Shown in pieces: positions 49,218-63,677 of a stretch of DNA of 64,000 bases (position 1 is the first letter of the stretch; the number at the start of each line of letters is the position of its first letter). The stretch is from Bugula neritina (lineage: Eukaryota; Animalia; Bryozoa). The notes under the pieces are model-generated. The model did no database searches, had not been told where the DNA came from, and saw only the letters and a program-made list of their open reading frames with translations. The position numbers and the translations under genes were made by a program. The stretch spans positions 62,001-126,000 of the forward strand of contig OZ037769.1 of NCBI GenBank assembly GCA_964035545.1, in the 5' to 3' direction.

Positions 49218-52200
49218 AAACACGTGACTTGCACCAAAATGTAGCCCACTGAAGGCCAACTTTCCTTATCCACTGAGTAAAGAGTCAGTAAAGTTCAACT
49301 GTTGAAAAATAAATATTATTTCTATATTTAAAAAACCAACAAGCTTTCTAATAGCTCATCAACAACTTTACTATCTGTAATGTAATATCATTTAATAAAC
49401 TTTACCTAAAGTCAACTTTCAACTACTAAGAAGTGGTATCAATATGAGATAAATACTACTGAACATGAAACAATAGTCCTACACAGGCAATAACTATTAT
49501 AATAAAACTCAAGTTGATTCAGCTAGTTATTTATTTCACTCAAGTTCAGAAATACAAAACTTAGAAAGTCGCCCGAGGCTCAGACTAAAAGTAGTATCTA
49601 TAACAATAATTCTCAATATTAAACATTTAGCTTTGATTTAAGGTGAGGTTGGACTATAGAATATTTAGCGCTTCCAATTACTATTACTACACTAATAGGC
49701 TGAGCACTTAATTTAAAATTAATTGGCATTACCATTACTATAAAAATTAAAATAACTACTTGACTATATATCATATTTAGTGAAAGTGAAATCAGTGACT
49801 TGGTTTTAAGGAGAAGTTGAATTTAAATTGAGTTATAGTATCACTACAACTATTACTATTACTACTAAACTTGGTCTAATAACAATAATGATGGTTCAAT
49901 TTCCATTTTGTTTAAACCGTTTTCCCAAATACTAAAGTTTTCCTGTATTATTTTCATAATTATCTTTTCAGAGTACAACATCTCAATGATACTAACACCA
50001 GTTTCAAATTTCTAGTATTGAGTTTGAATTTAAGTCATTATGTTAAGATTTTGAGTGATGGGGACTACCCCAGACCAAAACAATTGTACAATATGAAACT
50101 ACACCCATACAGTTACACCCACTCTTGTTTCTAAAAGCACAATATTTGTAACCACCTATCATGATCATTGAAGTTTGGTGGTGTCAGTATGGCTATAAAA
50201 TAATCAATATGGATTCAACTAAATATTTGTACCAGCTTCAGTTTGAAATATGTCAAGTTTAGAACTAAAAGTTATCAGGTAGTCTATCAATGAGTGTAAC
50301 TTAATAACTGCTAAGTAAGAGTAAGAGCATCATTATAAGGTTATGTTTATAAACAACAATTTCAACTATAAATATTATTTGTACTTATACATTAGTCTAA
50401 ACTGAGTTATTAGCATATTGATACTTAATCTTATTACTTATTAGTTATACTTAGTACCTACTACTATTAGTATTAGTTATTAGTATAAGTGCAAGCGTTA
50501 CTAATACTAATAGTATTAGTATTACATTTACTTGTAGTGACTTCCTATTGCTGCCGGTGTGACGTGTCACACTCACACTGACAGTCACTGACCAAACTGC
50601 TACAGTCCGAGTCTCATTCTCAGTTTGAGTTTCAGGTTGAACTGATAGTGATACAGATAGCAACAAGTACAACTACTAGTACTACTAGTACTACTAGTAC
50701 TAATAGTAATACTAGCAGATTTTAATTTGGAAATTGGAGTTGATATTACTATCAGATTCACTTTCAGTATGAGTATGACTACGAGCATAAAATTAAGATT
50801 AAGAGTAAGACTATCACTATCAGTATGAGTATCAGTATGACTATGATTATCCATATGAGTCATACTGTATGACTTACTTGAACTTCAAGCAATCAACGTT
50901 AACACTATCAGATTCAGTATCACTATCACTAACGGTTAACCGTCAACGTAAGTAAATATTAATAATTATAATAATATTTTTATATTAATAGCTCAACTAT
51001 AAGTATTAGTATAACTATTAGCTTATATTTTTGAAAATTAAAATGAAACCAGTGGCAGTTCCGATTAGGGATTCAAATGGTTATTGTAAAACTAAAAGTA
51101 AATTGAAACTCAAACTACTCGCACTGTAAGTGTAAATGTCGTACTCATACTTATACTAATACTAATAGTGATACTCATAACCACACTGATAGTGATACAC
51201 TTTGACTTCTAGTTTTACTTCTAATACTAGTAGTAGTAATAGTAGTACTAGTACTAGGAGTTCTAGTCATAGTCACAGTGAAACTGAATGTAATACTGCT
51301 ATTAGTATATCGCAAGTTAGTGTTACTATTACTATTAGTATTAGTATTACTATTACTATTAGTATTAGTATTAGAGTTTAAAAATAAAAGCTAACAGCAA
51401 ACTGAGTAACTCCAAGTTACAGCTTGCGGCAGATTAAGTTACCAAAAAGGCAAAGCTACACGTTGTAAGTTTAGCTATACCCTTGCATAGATTTTCTTCT
51501 ACAGCAAATAATATCGCAGATATTACATATAAATATAAGTATATTATATTCATATTGTTATATTCTATTGTATGCTCATTCTCAATGCGTCGTAATGACT
51601 GAGGGAAAATCAAAAAAGGTAGTCGTTTTAGCCTCGTTGCACACAAGATCTCTGCTGCCAAAATCCCACTATATCAACGGCCAGTTGAAAAGAGACCTAT
51701 GAGATTTACAAGGGGGCCATTCACCGAGCATTGCTAAATATAGCCAATTACTTTCATTGCGGAATTCATCGAACTTTGGAGTTGCGTTTTCCATGAACAG
51801 ACAACTCTGGAAAGCTGCAATCTTGAACTGGTGACAAGTCATTTATTAGATGCTGTATATCATCATGAACAGTGGTGTACAAGAACTGCATTGTAATATG
51901 TAATGGCATCTGTAATCTCAACTGATCCCTGAAGTATTCCATTTAGTATTTGCAACAAGTAGGAACATAAATTATTATATCTATGGGTCTTGTTTATGAC
52001 CATAACGAAGAAAGATACATGATAAAACAAGATGTAATTATATTTTTTTATTTATCAGTGTTTAGCTAAAGAAGTAACCAATAATAAAAAACTTTTGCTG
52101 TTGGCAAACTGAATCTTCTTGACAAAACTAAAAGCAGCATACAGTTGGAGATGAGCTTAAACAGACTGGCACTAAGATACCAGGTGCCAGCAGCACTTTG

Positions 52201-52220
52201 AAGCACAAATAAATTTAAAT

Positions 52221-53383
52221 TTAGTCGATTTTAACATTACACTCCGTCTTATATATCATTTGACTGATAAATTTCCAGAACAGTTCTTTGTCTAAATTTG
52301 TAACAAAATTCAAAAAACTACAAGTTCCATTTTCAACGTAACTTCCATTAGCAACAGAGGAGTCGACTATAGAGTTGAGAATAGAGCAGGAGCCTTCGTC
52401 CAGCGTCCTGAAGAACATGGGAGCAAGTATATGTTTTTGTATGAGTCTGAGGGGGAGATAAGTATGCTGGTATAGCGAGGAGGCAACAACTCCCGGGTGT
52501 ACAGAGTGCACCCGTACAGAGGACTGTGTGAGGTGAGAAAGCTGCTGAGCAAGACACTCCGAGTAAAGTACTACTGCGAGTTTAGACTGAATGTAAGAGA
52601 GATGAGGCGAATATACTTGGGGCGTAGTATAAAGACTTCTACTAAACAACAACCGAACAAAGGCTATTTTATGTACAGAGGAAGCTATGTTGACAATCTG
52701 CGGCGAATATCCGTCAACAGCAGCCATTTTCAGTTTGGTCAGCAGCAACTTAGTGAGAAGGGAGTGTCCAATGAAGTTAACCCCCATGTGCTGCTCAAAC
52801 CCGTCTTCTGTCTTCATTTGCGGCAGCAACATCACACCGGCATTGTTTATTAACACATCTAATTTTGCAAATTTGAGAGAGAACTCTTTCACAGCATCAT
52901 GAATCGACTTGAATGAAGCTAAGTTCATATATATATAATGAAGTTGCCCTCTCTCTTTATATAGCCTTAGTTCACTTGAGTTAGACTGCTCAGGTATTGG
53001 TTGAAGGCCCGCAGCAACAACCGTAGCTCCTTTACTACATAAAATTCTACACACAGAGAGACCTACAATGAAATACCTTATATGGCAATATAATATTATC
53101 ATAACATATATAATATTGCTGTAGCATATATGTCATGACATATATAATATTGCTGTAGTGTGTATATCATGCTATATGTAATATATAACATATTTTTACC
53201 AATGCCAGACACACCACCAGTACAGAACACAACTCTCCCTCTGAAATAATCGTCATCAATTGACTCATCTAGCTCTACTCGCTGCCACACCTGCCCCACC
53301 ATCTCAACAAACCCATGAATGTAGAGTCGGACAGCACAATATACAGCTAGAAGGTACCCTCGAACTTTAGTTCCAATGTTCAT
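52221..53383 (-). CDS. DHRSX: Short-chain dehydrogenase/reductase, DHRSX-like
   Basis: Exons 53383-53200 and 53062-52221. TGGVSGIG spans the intron, followed by LINNAGVM, TEDGFEQHMGVNFIGH, VNIASSVH and YSPHLSYIQSKLA (YxxxK, resembling DHRSX YSPHAAYAQSKLA), then VHPGVV. Confidence 0.75.
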
Positions 53384-55378
53384 CTGCCCATCAGTGTTAG
53401 TATCACCTATGAGGTAATACCATTTCAAGGTAAGAGTAATGGTAAGCAATGTGAATATTATTCAGTGCTTGTGTGAATACCCATCTATAAGAATCTCTAT
53501 GTGAAAATTAATATTAATAATCCAAAATAAATATAAGTATGAGTATCAATTCACTTTAAATTTAATATTACTATTAGTGTTTGTATAAAGCTGTAATATT
53601 ATTATCAGTATGACTATGAGTATGTCTATCACCATTGGAATGTTTATTTAATATTTAATTTAATTATTTAGTATTTATTCTCGCCTATCTGTGCTTTGTC
53701 CTGTTCGAGTAGCACGCATTATTTAGCATTTATTACAGTCAGTATTACACTACTAGTACTGGTATTAGTATTACTATTATTATTTATATTGGTTGTATCA
53801 CAGATTTTAAGCTAGTGTAACCTTCTACCATCGGCCTAGTTCCACTAGGCTGGGATAGATAAAACTTTCCTCAAAATGTGAGCTGATCCTAGTAAGGCTG
53901 TCTGCTGAATCAGTAGGTATTTGTTTTCAGCTACTCCAAGTAGTGCCATCCAGTCTACAGTCTTGTGTGAAGCTCCAAGGGCTCCAATTACAATGGGGAT
54001 GACTTCTGTTGATGTTTTCCAAAGGCGGGTAAACTCTAGTGCTAAATCCTGATATTTTCCTATCTTCTCTGATTCTTTTTCTTTTACTTTGTAGTCACCG
54101 GGACTGCGATATAAATGATTGTTATTATTATTATTATTATTAGTAATTTAAAAATACAAATATTTTAATTTAAATCTATTTTAATCTATACTTCTGCTTC
54201 AAATTGTCTTATAGTTAGACTTAAAGTTATAATTTAAACTATAATACTAACAGTAACACTAACAGTAACACCCACACTGTCAGTGTCACTAACAGACACC
54301 AGTTACAGTGACACTTACAGTGACACTAAAACTAAAAGTAAATTTAATACTAATAGTAATACTAATACTAATAGTAATAAGTAATAAGTAATACTAATAG
54401 TAATAGTAATACTAATAGTAATAGTAATACTAATACTAATAGTAATACTACTACTAATTCAGTAATTGTACTTTTAAAGGTTTGGCTAATGTTACAAGTA
54501 TAATTTAAGACCAGACTGAAAGTAAAACCAGCAATTCGAGGTTGGGCATAATCACCGAATAGAAGAATTAGCTTTAATTTACATAATTGACATTTGTAAG
54601 AATATTATAATAATATTAAATTTAATATTAAAAATTTACCAACAGTTTAGTTGGGAATGACTAGATGCAGCACAAAATTTAAAGTTACTATTTGTATACA
54701 CGTTGTTTAAAACTTTGATTTCTCAACTCTAAAATCAAGACCACTAAACCCCTGCTTTTTGCGATCTCAAACTTTGTGCTGCATTAAGCAATTACCAATT
54801 TAAAGTTTAGCCTTCGCCTTGGTGTAGTTTCTCACTTACTTTTTAGCTTTTGAAAGCAGAAGTAGTAGGCCTCCGTCGGTCAGTCCGACAATGGAGGGCA
54901 AGAAGATCACTAACAAATAGCCGAGCAGAGCAATAGATTTGTCCAATAGAAGCGGCCGAAACCACTGAACAGTTCATTGGCCGAAACACCGTTTGCAGAG
55001 TGCTATCTATGTCCCATTGTCCCATATGCATGAATTCATTTGTAGCTAGTGAGTTTTTTCCTGTAACCTCTTTGCTCGATAAATATGGGGTTTAGGCTTA
55101 CACCATGTCATTATAAATCAGTTCAATTATATAAACAATCACTATCTATCTGCATTGATTGGGTCCAACTATGTGTATAAATTCTATTTTCATGTTACCA
55201 AATTATCTGCTCATGCAGGCAGGATTCTCAGATATAATAAAACATTAGTTAGTTGGATATAAACACAGCAACAATAACTATTGCAAACAAAACATGTTTC
55301 ACTTATTTTATTTTGTCAGCGTTTGAGAGTTGTCACAGAGATTGTACATTCTACCTGAGGATGTTTTGGTTATAATAT

Positions 55379-56228
55379 TCTGTGTTATTCTGTCTACACT
55401 AGCTAGCTGGGAGAGTTCTGTCTACACTAGCTAGCTGGGAGAGTTCTGTCTATACTAGCTAGCTGAGAGAGTTCTGTCTACACTAGCTAGCTGGGAGAGT
55501 TCTGTGTTATTCTGTCTACACTAGCTAGCTGGGAGAGTTCTGTCTACACTAGCTAGCTGGGAGAGTTCTGTCTACACTAGCTAGCTGGGAGAGTTCTGTC
55601 TACACTAGCTAGCTGGGAGAGTTCTGTCTACACTAGCTAGCTGGGAGAGTTCTGTCTACACTAGCTAGCTGGGAGAGTTCTGTCTACACTAGCTAGCTGG
55701 GAGAGTTCTGTCTACACTAGCTAGCTGGGAGAGTTCTGTCTACACTAGCTAGCTGGGAGAGTTCTGTCTACACTAGCTAGCTGGGAGAGTTCTGTCTACA
55801 CTAGCTAGCTGGGATAGTTCTGTCTACACTAGCTAGCTGGGAGAGTTCTGTCTACACTAGCTAGCTGGGAGAGTTCTGTGTTATTCTGTCTACACTAGCT
55901 AGCTGGGAGAGTTCTGTCTACACTAGCTAGCTGGGAGAGTTCTGTGTTATTCTGTCTACACTAGCTAGCTGAGATAGTCCTGTCTACACTAGCTAGCTGG
56001 GATAGTTCTGTCTACACTAGCTAGCTGGGAGAGTTCTGTGTTATTCTGTCTACACTAGCTAGCTGGGAGAGTTCTGTCTACACTAGCTAGCTGGGAGAGT
56101 TCTGTGTTATTCTGTCTACACTAGCTAGCTGAGATAGTCCTGTCTACACTAGCTAGCTGGGATAGTTCTGTCTACACTAGCTAGCTGGGAGAGTTCTGTC
56201 TACACTAGCTAGCTGGGAGAGTTCTGTG
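55379..56228. repeat. Minisatellite, 28-nt unit (tctgtctacactagctagctgggagagt), ~29 copies
   Basis: Direct reading. Lies between the PISD 3' end and the DHRSX 5' region, not in a recognised coding intron. Confidence 0.96.
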
Positions 56229-57449
56229 TATTACTATAGTTGTTGAATCAAAGTATACAATTTAGTTATATGAGGTAAATACATTGTAATTCACTATATT
56301 ATTATGTACAAAATGATGCTATCCTCTTGAAAGAAATATTTTTGTGTATATTTGATTAAAACGAAATTAATGAATGTTTATAAATATATACTGATATACC
56401 GTATTGATAAGTTATAATACAATGCATGGTGCAGGTAAAGGCGCGCAGGTAAAGGCGTGGTAGAAATTGCCAGGTAGCCTGCCCATACCTTGTATTCGTG
56501 GTGTTAGCAGATGTGTGGTCACTGGGGATATTATGTGTGTATAATACGCGTGCACACGTATCTTATTAATATATAGCCTTATCCATAGCTTCTATATTTA
56601 TATCTGTATTAATACACGCTTTAGCCTTCAATTGCTGCATGAGAATACTCAAGTAGAATAGATAATCTCACTCATATCAAGGCATGCATTTGTCACGTGG
56701 TTTCAAGGACAAGCTAATTGTTTAAGGAAGTATAATAAGACGACCTTTCAACAGATATACCAAGTAGAGGGAGATAATCTTGGCTTATCTGTGTCACTGA
56801 TTGACTCATTTGTGTCACTTATTGTTATGGACTTTACAATCAGTGAGATTGGCCTTTGGTTGTTACATGTTATAGTGTTTTAGTATTGATGTGAGGTATT
56901 CCTTTAATTAGCACTGACTAAATGGTCTACCAGAATGTGCTATTATATTATATTGATATGTTATTATACCTTGATGGTTATATCAATATCATTATTGATA
57001 TAATAGTATTGCTATATTATTATTATACAATAGTATTGTTATATTAATATTATGATATATGCAAAGAGTGCTCACGTGAGAAGAGTGTAAAGCTTTCAGC
57101 ATTCCTGAATTTCATATAAAAGTGGACTATGATGTCACGGAATATATTATAATATCATATCGCAATACATTTTCATTTATATATGAATAATATATAATGC
57201 AATATATTACTCTATAATGCTACAATAGTTATAATATTGTGATAAGCAGTGCTGGAAATGCCTGGAGAGATGTAGACTGAGAACTCAGCCAATTAGTCGA
57301 GTCAACAGTTTTATTATGAAACAGAAAAATAGAAAGAGATGTGAATATAAAATAGAGGACACAACTCTTGCATCAATAAAATAGATTAATAACAATAATT
57401 TACAAACAACAATAGAATTTTCTTCATGGTGAGTTCTGGATGATAGAGT

Positions 57450-60400
57450 TCACGCTTGAGCAGCGCTGGCTCTCTTCTCCTTTGCCGTCACCGGTTCACC
57501 CAGAGCTCCGCCCATTCTCACCGATTTATTCAATGAGAGCTCAGTGAAGTCAAATGCTTTTGGGGCCTCAAATATCATGACGATGGTGGAGCCCAGACGG
57601 AACTCTCCGAATGCATCTCCACGCTTTAGAGACACTCCACGGGGGAAGAATTCATCTTCATATGTCATTTCCTTTCGACCTTCACAGCCAGTGTTGGTTT
57701 CTAGTTTCTAAAGTAGTCAGTATAGAGTATATAGTGTATATAGTGTATATAGTGTATAGAGAGTATATAGAGTATATAGAGTATAGAGTGTATATAGAGT
57801 ATAGAGTGTATATAGTGTATATAGTGTATATAGTGTATATAGTGTATAGAGATTACATAGTACATAGTATATAGAACATAGTACATAGTACACAGTATAT
57901 AGTACATAGTATATAGTACATAGTATATAGTACAGAGTATATAGTACGTAGTATATAGTACATAGTACATAGTATATAGTACATAGTATATAGTACATAG
58001 TATATAGTATATAGTACACAGTATATAGTATATAGTACATAGTACAGAGTATATAGTACGTAGTATATAGTACATAGTACACAGTATATAGTACGTAGTA
58101 TATAGTACATAGTACATAGTATATAGTACAGAGTATATAGTATATAGTAGAGTACATAGTACACAGTACATAGTACATAGTATATAGTATATAGTACACA
58201 GTATATAGTACATAGTATACAGAGTATTATACAGAGTAGGAACTTACCGGGTCAAAGTAGGTGCGGATGGAGCCGACGTTAGTAGCGCCCACAGCTGTGT
58301 AGGAGAAGAAGCCATGTTTCCAGCTGCCCGTGTACACAGCTCTCTCGTTCATACTAAACAGTCCCTCCACGTAGCTGGCTATCATCGGGTTGACCGACAG
58401 CAGCTCTCCTACAATAAGTATACAGTGTCAGCACAGGCAGCGTCTAGTGTGTTACTACAAGACAGCGTCTAGTGTGTTACTACAAGACAGCGTCTAGTGT
58501 GTTACTACAAGACAGCGTCTAGTGTGTTACTACAAGGCAGTGTCTACTACAAGACAGCGTCTAGTGTGTTACTACAAGACAGCGTCTAGTGTGTTACTAC
58601 AAGGCAGCGTCTAGTGTGTTACTACAAGACAGCGTCTAGTGTGTTACTACAAGGCAGTGTCTACTACAAGACAGCGTCTAGTGTGTTACTACAAGACAGC
58701 GTCTAGTGTGTTACTACAAGGCAGCGTCTAGTGTGTTACTACAAGGCAGCGTCTAGCGTGTTACTACAAGACAGTGTCTAGCGTGTTACTACAAGACAGC
58801 GTCTAGTGTGTTACTACAAGACAGCGTAAAGACAGCACTCACCATGGAAGTGCCGTCTGTGTTCAACTGTCCAATCAGCAGGACTGTGGAATCTGTGGTA
58901 GTCGCCTGGAGCCAGATATATGACTACGTGGTAGAGTCTGTTGTCCTTGTTGTGTAGCAGAGACCTACCAAACACACGAGTAGTGAGTATACAGAGTAGA
59001 GTATACAGAGTATACAGAGTATACAGAGTACACAGAGTACACAGAGTACACAGAGTATACAGAGTAGAGTATACAGAGTACACAGAGTACACAGAGTACA
59101 CAGAGTACACAGAGTACACAGAGTACACAGAGTACACAGAGTACACAGAGTACACAGAGTATACAGAGTAGAGTATACAGAGTACACAGAGTACACAGAG
59201 TACACAGAGTGTACAGAGTGTACAGAGTATACAGAGTATACAGAGTACACAGAGTACACAGAGTATACAGAGTACACAGAGTACACAGAGTACACAGAGT
59301 ACACAGAGTACACATAGTGTACAGAGTGTACAGAGTATACAGAGTATACATAGTGTACAGAGTATACAGAGTACACAGAGTACACAGAGTAGTGAGTGTA
59401 GAGTACTGAGTGATACTAGTCACATACTTGTAATGCTGTGACTCGCTAATCCCTTTAAACTCGGCATCTGATTGGTCCAACTCCTTCTCCATCTCTAAAT
59501 CTGACCAACAGTTGGCGGAGGTCTTCCCCTCCTTGTACATCCACAGATTGTTTGGACCAAGAAACCCCTTCAATGAATAATTCACCCCCTTGACTTGCTC
59601 GATTGTTCCATCCACCACTTTGCCAAAATTCAAGACTTTCCCATCTGATGGCATAACCTGAGAAAGACACAGTACACCGCCGCAATATAATATAATACGA
59701 TATAATACTATAATATAACACAATGTAATATAATACAATATAATATAATACGATATAATATAATACACTACACAATATAATACTATAATATAACACAATG
59801 TAATACTATAATATAACACAATATAATATAATACAACACAATATAATAATATAATATAACACAATGTAATACCAACCAGTGAGTGATCCTCAGCTATGGG
59901 TCTGGCACCAGGTTTGAGGGCACGTCTGAAGAACTCCCCCAAGTTTCTATACTGACTGAGGTCCTCCACTAAGGCCTCCTGCACGTTGCAGTTGAACATC
60001 CGCACGTAAATAGAGAGTAGGAAGTTGCGAGAGAATTCTGGGAGAGGAAGCTCGTTGAACTTACCCCACACCCTGGACATGGCGCGGAGGGGGAGCGACC
60101 TGTACAGACTTACCTACAAGCAGCAGAACCTGGGCTATATAACTAGATAATATAACAATATAATATAACTATATAATATAATTTTATAATATATCTATAT
60201 AATATAATTTTATAATATAACTATATAATATAACTTTATAATATAACTATATAATATAACTATATAATATAACAATATAATATAACTATATAATATAACT
60301 ATATAATATAACTATATAATATAACTATATAATATATCTATATAATATAACTATATAATATAACTACATAATATAACTATATAATATATCTATATAATAT

Positions 60401-63400
60401 AATATATCTATATAATATAACAATATAATATAACTATATAATATAATATAACTATCTCACACAATCAAAACCTCAACCCTCCTCAATCTCACATACTATA
60501 ATACTCATACTTACAACTGAATTGCGACTAGGAGTACGAGGTGTAACAAGTAGACCCGTTCTCTTACGGGGCGCCGTGTCCACCACCCCGTAACTGTAGC
60601 TAAATATCTTAGGACTAAATATGACGGCCAGCCATAGCCCGTAGATCCACCTGCGGTGACAAGATTGCAGAGATACACTAAATACGACCACCCGTCCACT
60701 GAACACAAACAACAAGAAATTTCAACTATTATAAACAAGCAGACGCTATGGGAGATCATACCAACTGTACGTAGACTGTATAGCTTTAAACAACTGCTCT
60801 GTGTCGTACATCATCGTGTCTGCTAACATCAGTTATCCCACAGTAAATATTCCACGGCTTCAGTCTAGGGGAGCGAGAAAACACGTCCTACCTCTACGAT
60901 TGCACAGCGTGCAAGACTTAAGCGTATGAGCCCTCATTACTACAACAAAGTTGCTGGCATGGCCAAGACACTTTATCAAGCGAAATGTACGGGAGCCTCA
61001 CATTCGTCCCGTAACCTTTTATTATAATATGAGTAATGATAGATTGAATTAGCTAAAACAGTATCAACAGCCAATCAGAGTCTAGAGAGAAGAACACATG
61101 ACTACAAGGCACCATCTACAGATCGAGTCTGACGCCATAGAAACAGCCTAATGGAAACAACAGTATATAGTGACCACGTGCAGACCACGTGTTACAACTG
61201 TTTACAGCGTGAGAGGAGGCCGAATAGCGAGTACCGCAATGTTTACCGACCATCCGCTAAGCATGCTTCGCTATACAATGAACTGTTATGATGTGAGAAT
61301 ATGATCATGCGGAGCAGGCATGCCATATTGATTAGACGCTGGGATAATAGTTAGCTAAGACAAAAGACCTGCGTTATGTCATTCACTGAGACTTCACTTG
61401 CCAACCGAAAGACTAACTAACGAGCTATTACCATAACGTAAACAATTGATTGAATAATAGAAAATACAATCAACCTGCTTGAAAAAAGTAAATGAAAATA
61501 GGGCAGCGTATCTTACCTCGAAGTGAAGGTTGCACTGGGGCATTGCTAGAACCCCCTCAACCAATTCAAAGTTTAGCAGCTAAAGTATGCTAAGAAATCG
61601 TGCAATGGCCGACTCTAACAGCAACTTACTGACTGGAAGCTGATCATCCCTTCCTCCATTCCTTCATCAGCAACTGCTGCAGCTTATTCCTTAACTCACT
61701 CGCACACTGCACACACTCGCATGCTACACACACTCGCACACTGCACACACTCGCACACTGCACACACTCGCACACTGCACACACTCGCACGCTACACACA
61801 CTCGCACACTGCACACACTCGCACGCTGCACACACTCGCACGCTGCACACACTCGTACACTACACACACTGCACACACTCAGCACACTACGTACACTGCA
61901 CACACTCGCACACTAGAGAGCTAAAGTCTAACAATAATGAGTACAACTACTAGCACAAACTTTAACAGAGAAAGGAGAGTTCTATGTTCAAGAGAATGTA
62001 TAGATAGTTCAATGGCTTGGGCATTACATAATCCTAATTATATAATATTGCTTGATATTATATACTCATTGAATGTGTATATTATATAAATACTCTTTAT
62101 ATACTCATTGAATGTATATATTAGTATATATATACTCTTTATATACTCATTGAATGTATATATTAGTATATATATACTCTTTATATACTCATTGAATGTA
62201 TATATTAGTATATAAATACTCTTTACATACTCATTGAATGTATATATTAGTATATAAATACTCTCTATATACTCATTGAATGTATATAGTATATAAATAC
62301 TCTCTATATACAGATGCAAAGTACGCAAGTACCAATATTTTAGCAATATATAAAAATAATTGTCGAAGCAAGTGTATTGTCAAAAATACGTAACTCGGCG
62401 AATTTATTAAAAATTCAACTAGTATTGGACAATTACCATTCTTTTATATAAAGTTTAGAATGTAACATTGACTCGAGAACAAAAAGATGCAGAGTTATCT
62501 TCTCAGGAGCAAATTATCAAAAGAGAATACAACCCTCGAAACCACACAAGCCATAAATCTTAAAACTATTGTGCATTATATTATTTAACATTATAATAGA
62601 GGATATTACAGTATATTATATTACAGTATAGCATATTATATTAATACAGTATATTATATTATATCACAGTATAGTGTATTATAGTATATTACAGTATATT
62701 ATATTACAGAATATTATAGTATATCTGTGAGATACAGTATATTATAGTATATCTGTGAGATACAGTATATTACAGTATATCTGTGAGATACAGTATATTA
62801 TAGTATATCTGTGATATACAGTATATTATAGTATATCTGTGAGATACAGTATATTATAGTATATCTGTGATATACAGTATATTATAGTATATCTGTGAGA
62901 TACAGTATATTATAGTATATCTGTGAGATACAGTATATTATAGTATATCTGTGAGATACAGTATATTATAGTATATCTGTGAGATACAGTATATTATAGT
63001 ACATCTGTGAGATACAGTATATTATAGTATATCTGTGAGATACAGTATATTATAGTATATCTGTGAGATACAGTATATTATAGTATATCTGTGAGATACA
63101 GTATATTATAGTATATCTGTGAGATACAGTATATTATAGTATATCTGTGATATACAGTATATTATAGTATATCTGTGAGATACAGTATATTATAGTATAT
63201 CTGTGAGATACAGTATATTATAGTATATCTGTGAGATACAGTATATTATAGTATATCTGTGAGATACAGTATATTATAGTATATCTGTGAGATACAGTAT
63301 ATTATAGTATATCTGTGAGATACAGTATATTATAGTATATCTGTGAGATACAGTATATTATAGTACATCACATATTCTACCTCCAGATTGCTGGCTAATT

Positions 63401-63666
63401 TCACAGAGTCAGTGCCAGTCTTCCGGGAGGACTTTATGGTAAGATATGCCAAGAGACCAGCTGTTACGGGGACTCCTGCTCTCCACACCCAAGGCTTTCC
63501 TGTCCAGATACAGAATAGAGGCTATGAGAAGTGAAAGAGCAAAAGAAAACAGCATCACTGGATAATGTGAGAGAGAGAGCAGAAACTTACTGGTGGGATG
63601 ACGACTCCAAGTTTCAGCAAATCGTTGTGTCTGGGGCCTTAGTGAGCTGGAACGTATAGTGATCAT
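57450..63666 (-). CDS. PISD: Phosphatidylserine decarboxylase proenzyme, mitochondrial
   Basis: Exons 63666-63591, 63499-63381, 60113-59877, 59657-59428, 58964-58843, 58408-58248 and 57707-57450. Motifs LASNLE|[61 protein letters not shown] and [10 protein letters not shown] (LGST autocleavage). A further 5' exon may lie beyond the right edge. Confidence 0.93.
57718..58235. repeat. Intronic arrays (tatatagtg; tagtaca)
   Basis: Fill the last PISD intron. Confidence 0.9.
58432..58836. repeat. Intronic minisatellite, 25-nt unit (acaagacagcgtctagtgtgttact)
   Basis: Fills a PISD intron. On the sense strand each unit carries CTTGTAG, resembling the true acceptor ATTGTAG. Confidence 0.94.
58985..59400. 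repeat. Intronic 9-nt array (yacagagta)
   Basis: Fills a PISD intron. Same 9-mer as in ACSF3 intron 4. Confidence 0.93.
59685..60455. repeat. Two AT-rich intronic arrays (59685-59870; 60137-60455) flanking PISD exon 60113-59877
   Basis: Direct reading (tataatataac-type units). Confidence 0.85.
61695..63365. repeat. Three intronic arrays: ~20-nt cacact(61695-61915), ~39-nt (62055-62310) and 28-nt ctgtgagatacagtatattatagtatat (~62720-63365)
   Basis: In the long PISD intron. The 28-nt array starts ~15 nt after the donor at 63380. Confidence 0.92.
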
Positions 63667-63677
63667 GCTACAAGTAC

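Noticed and set aside
55379-56228. CRISPR-like regular repeats of 23-38 nt here and in other arrays
   Set aside because: Head-to-tail units with no unique spacers, no cas genes, and a eukaryotic context.
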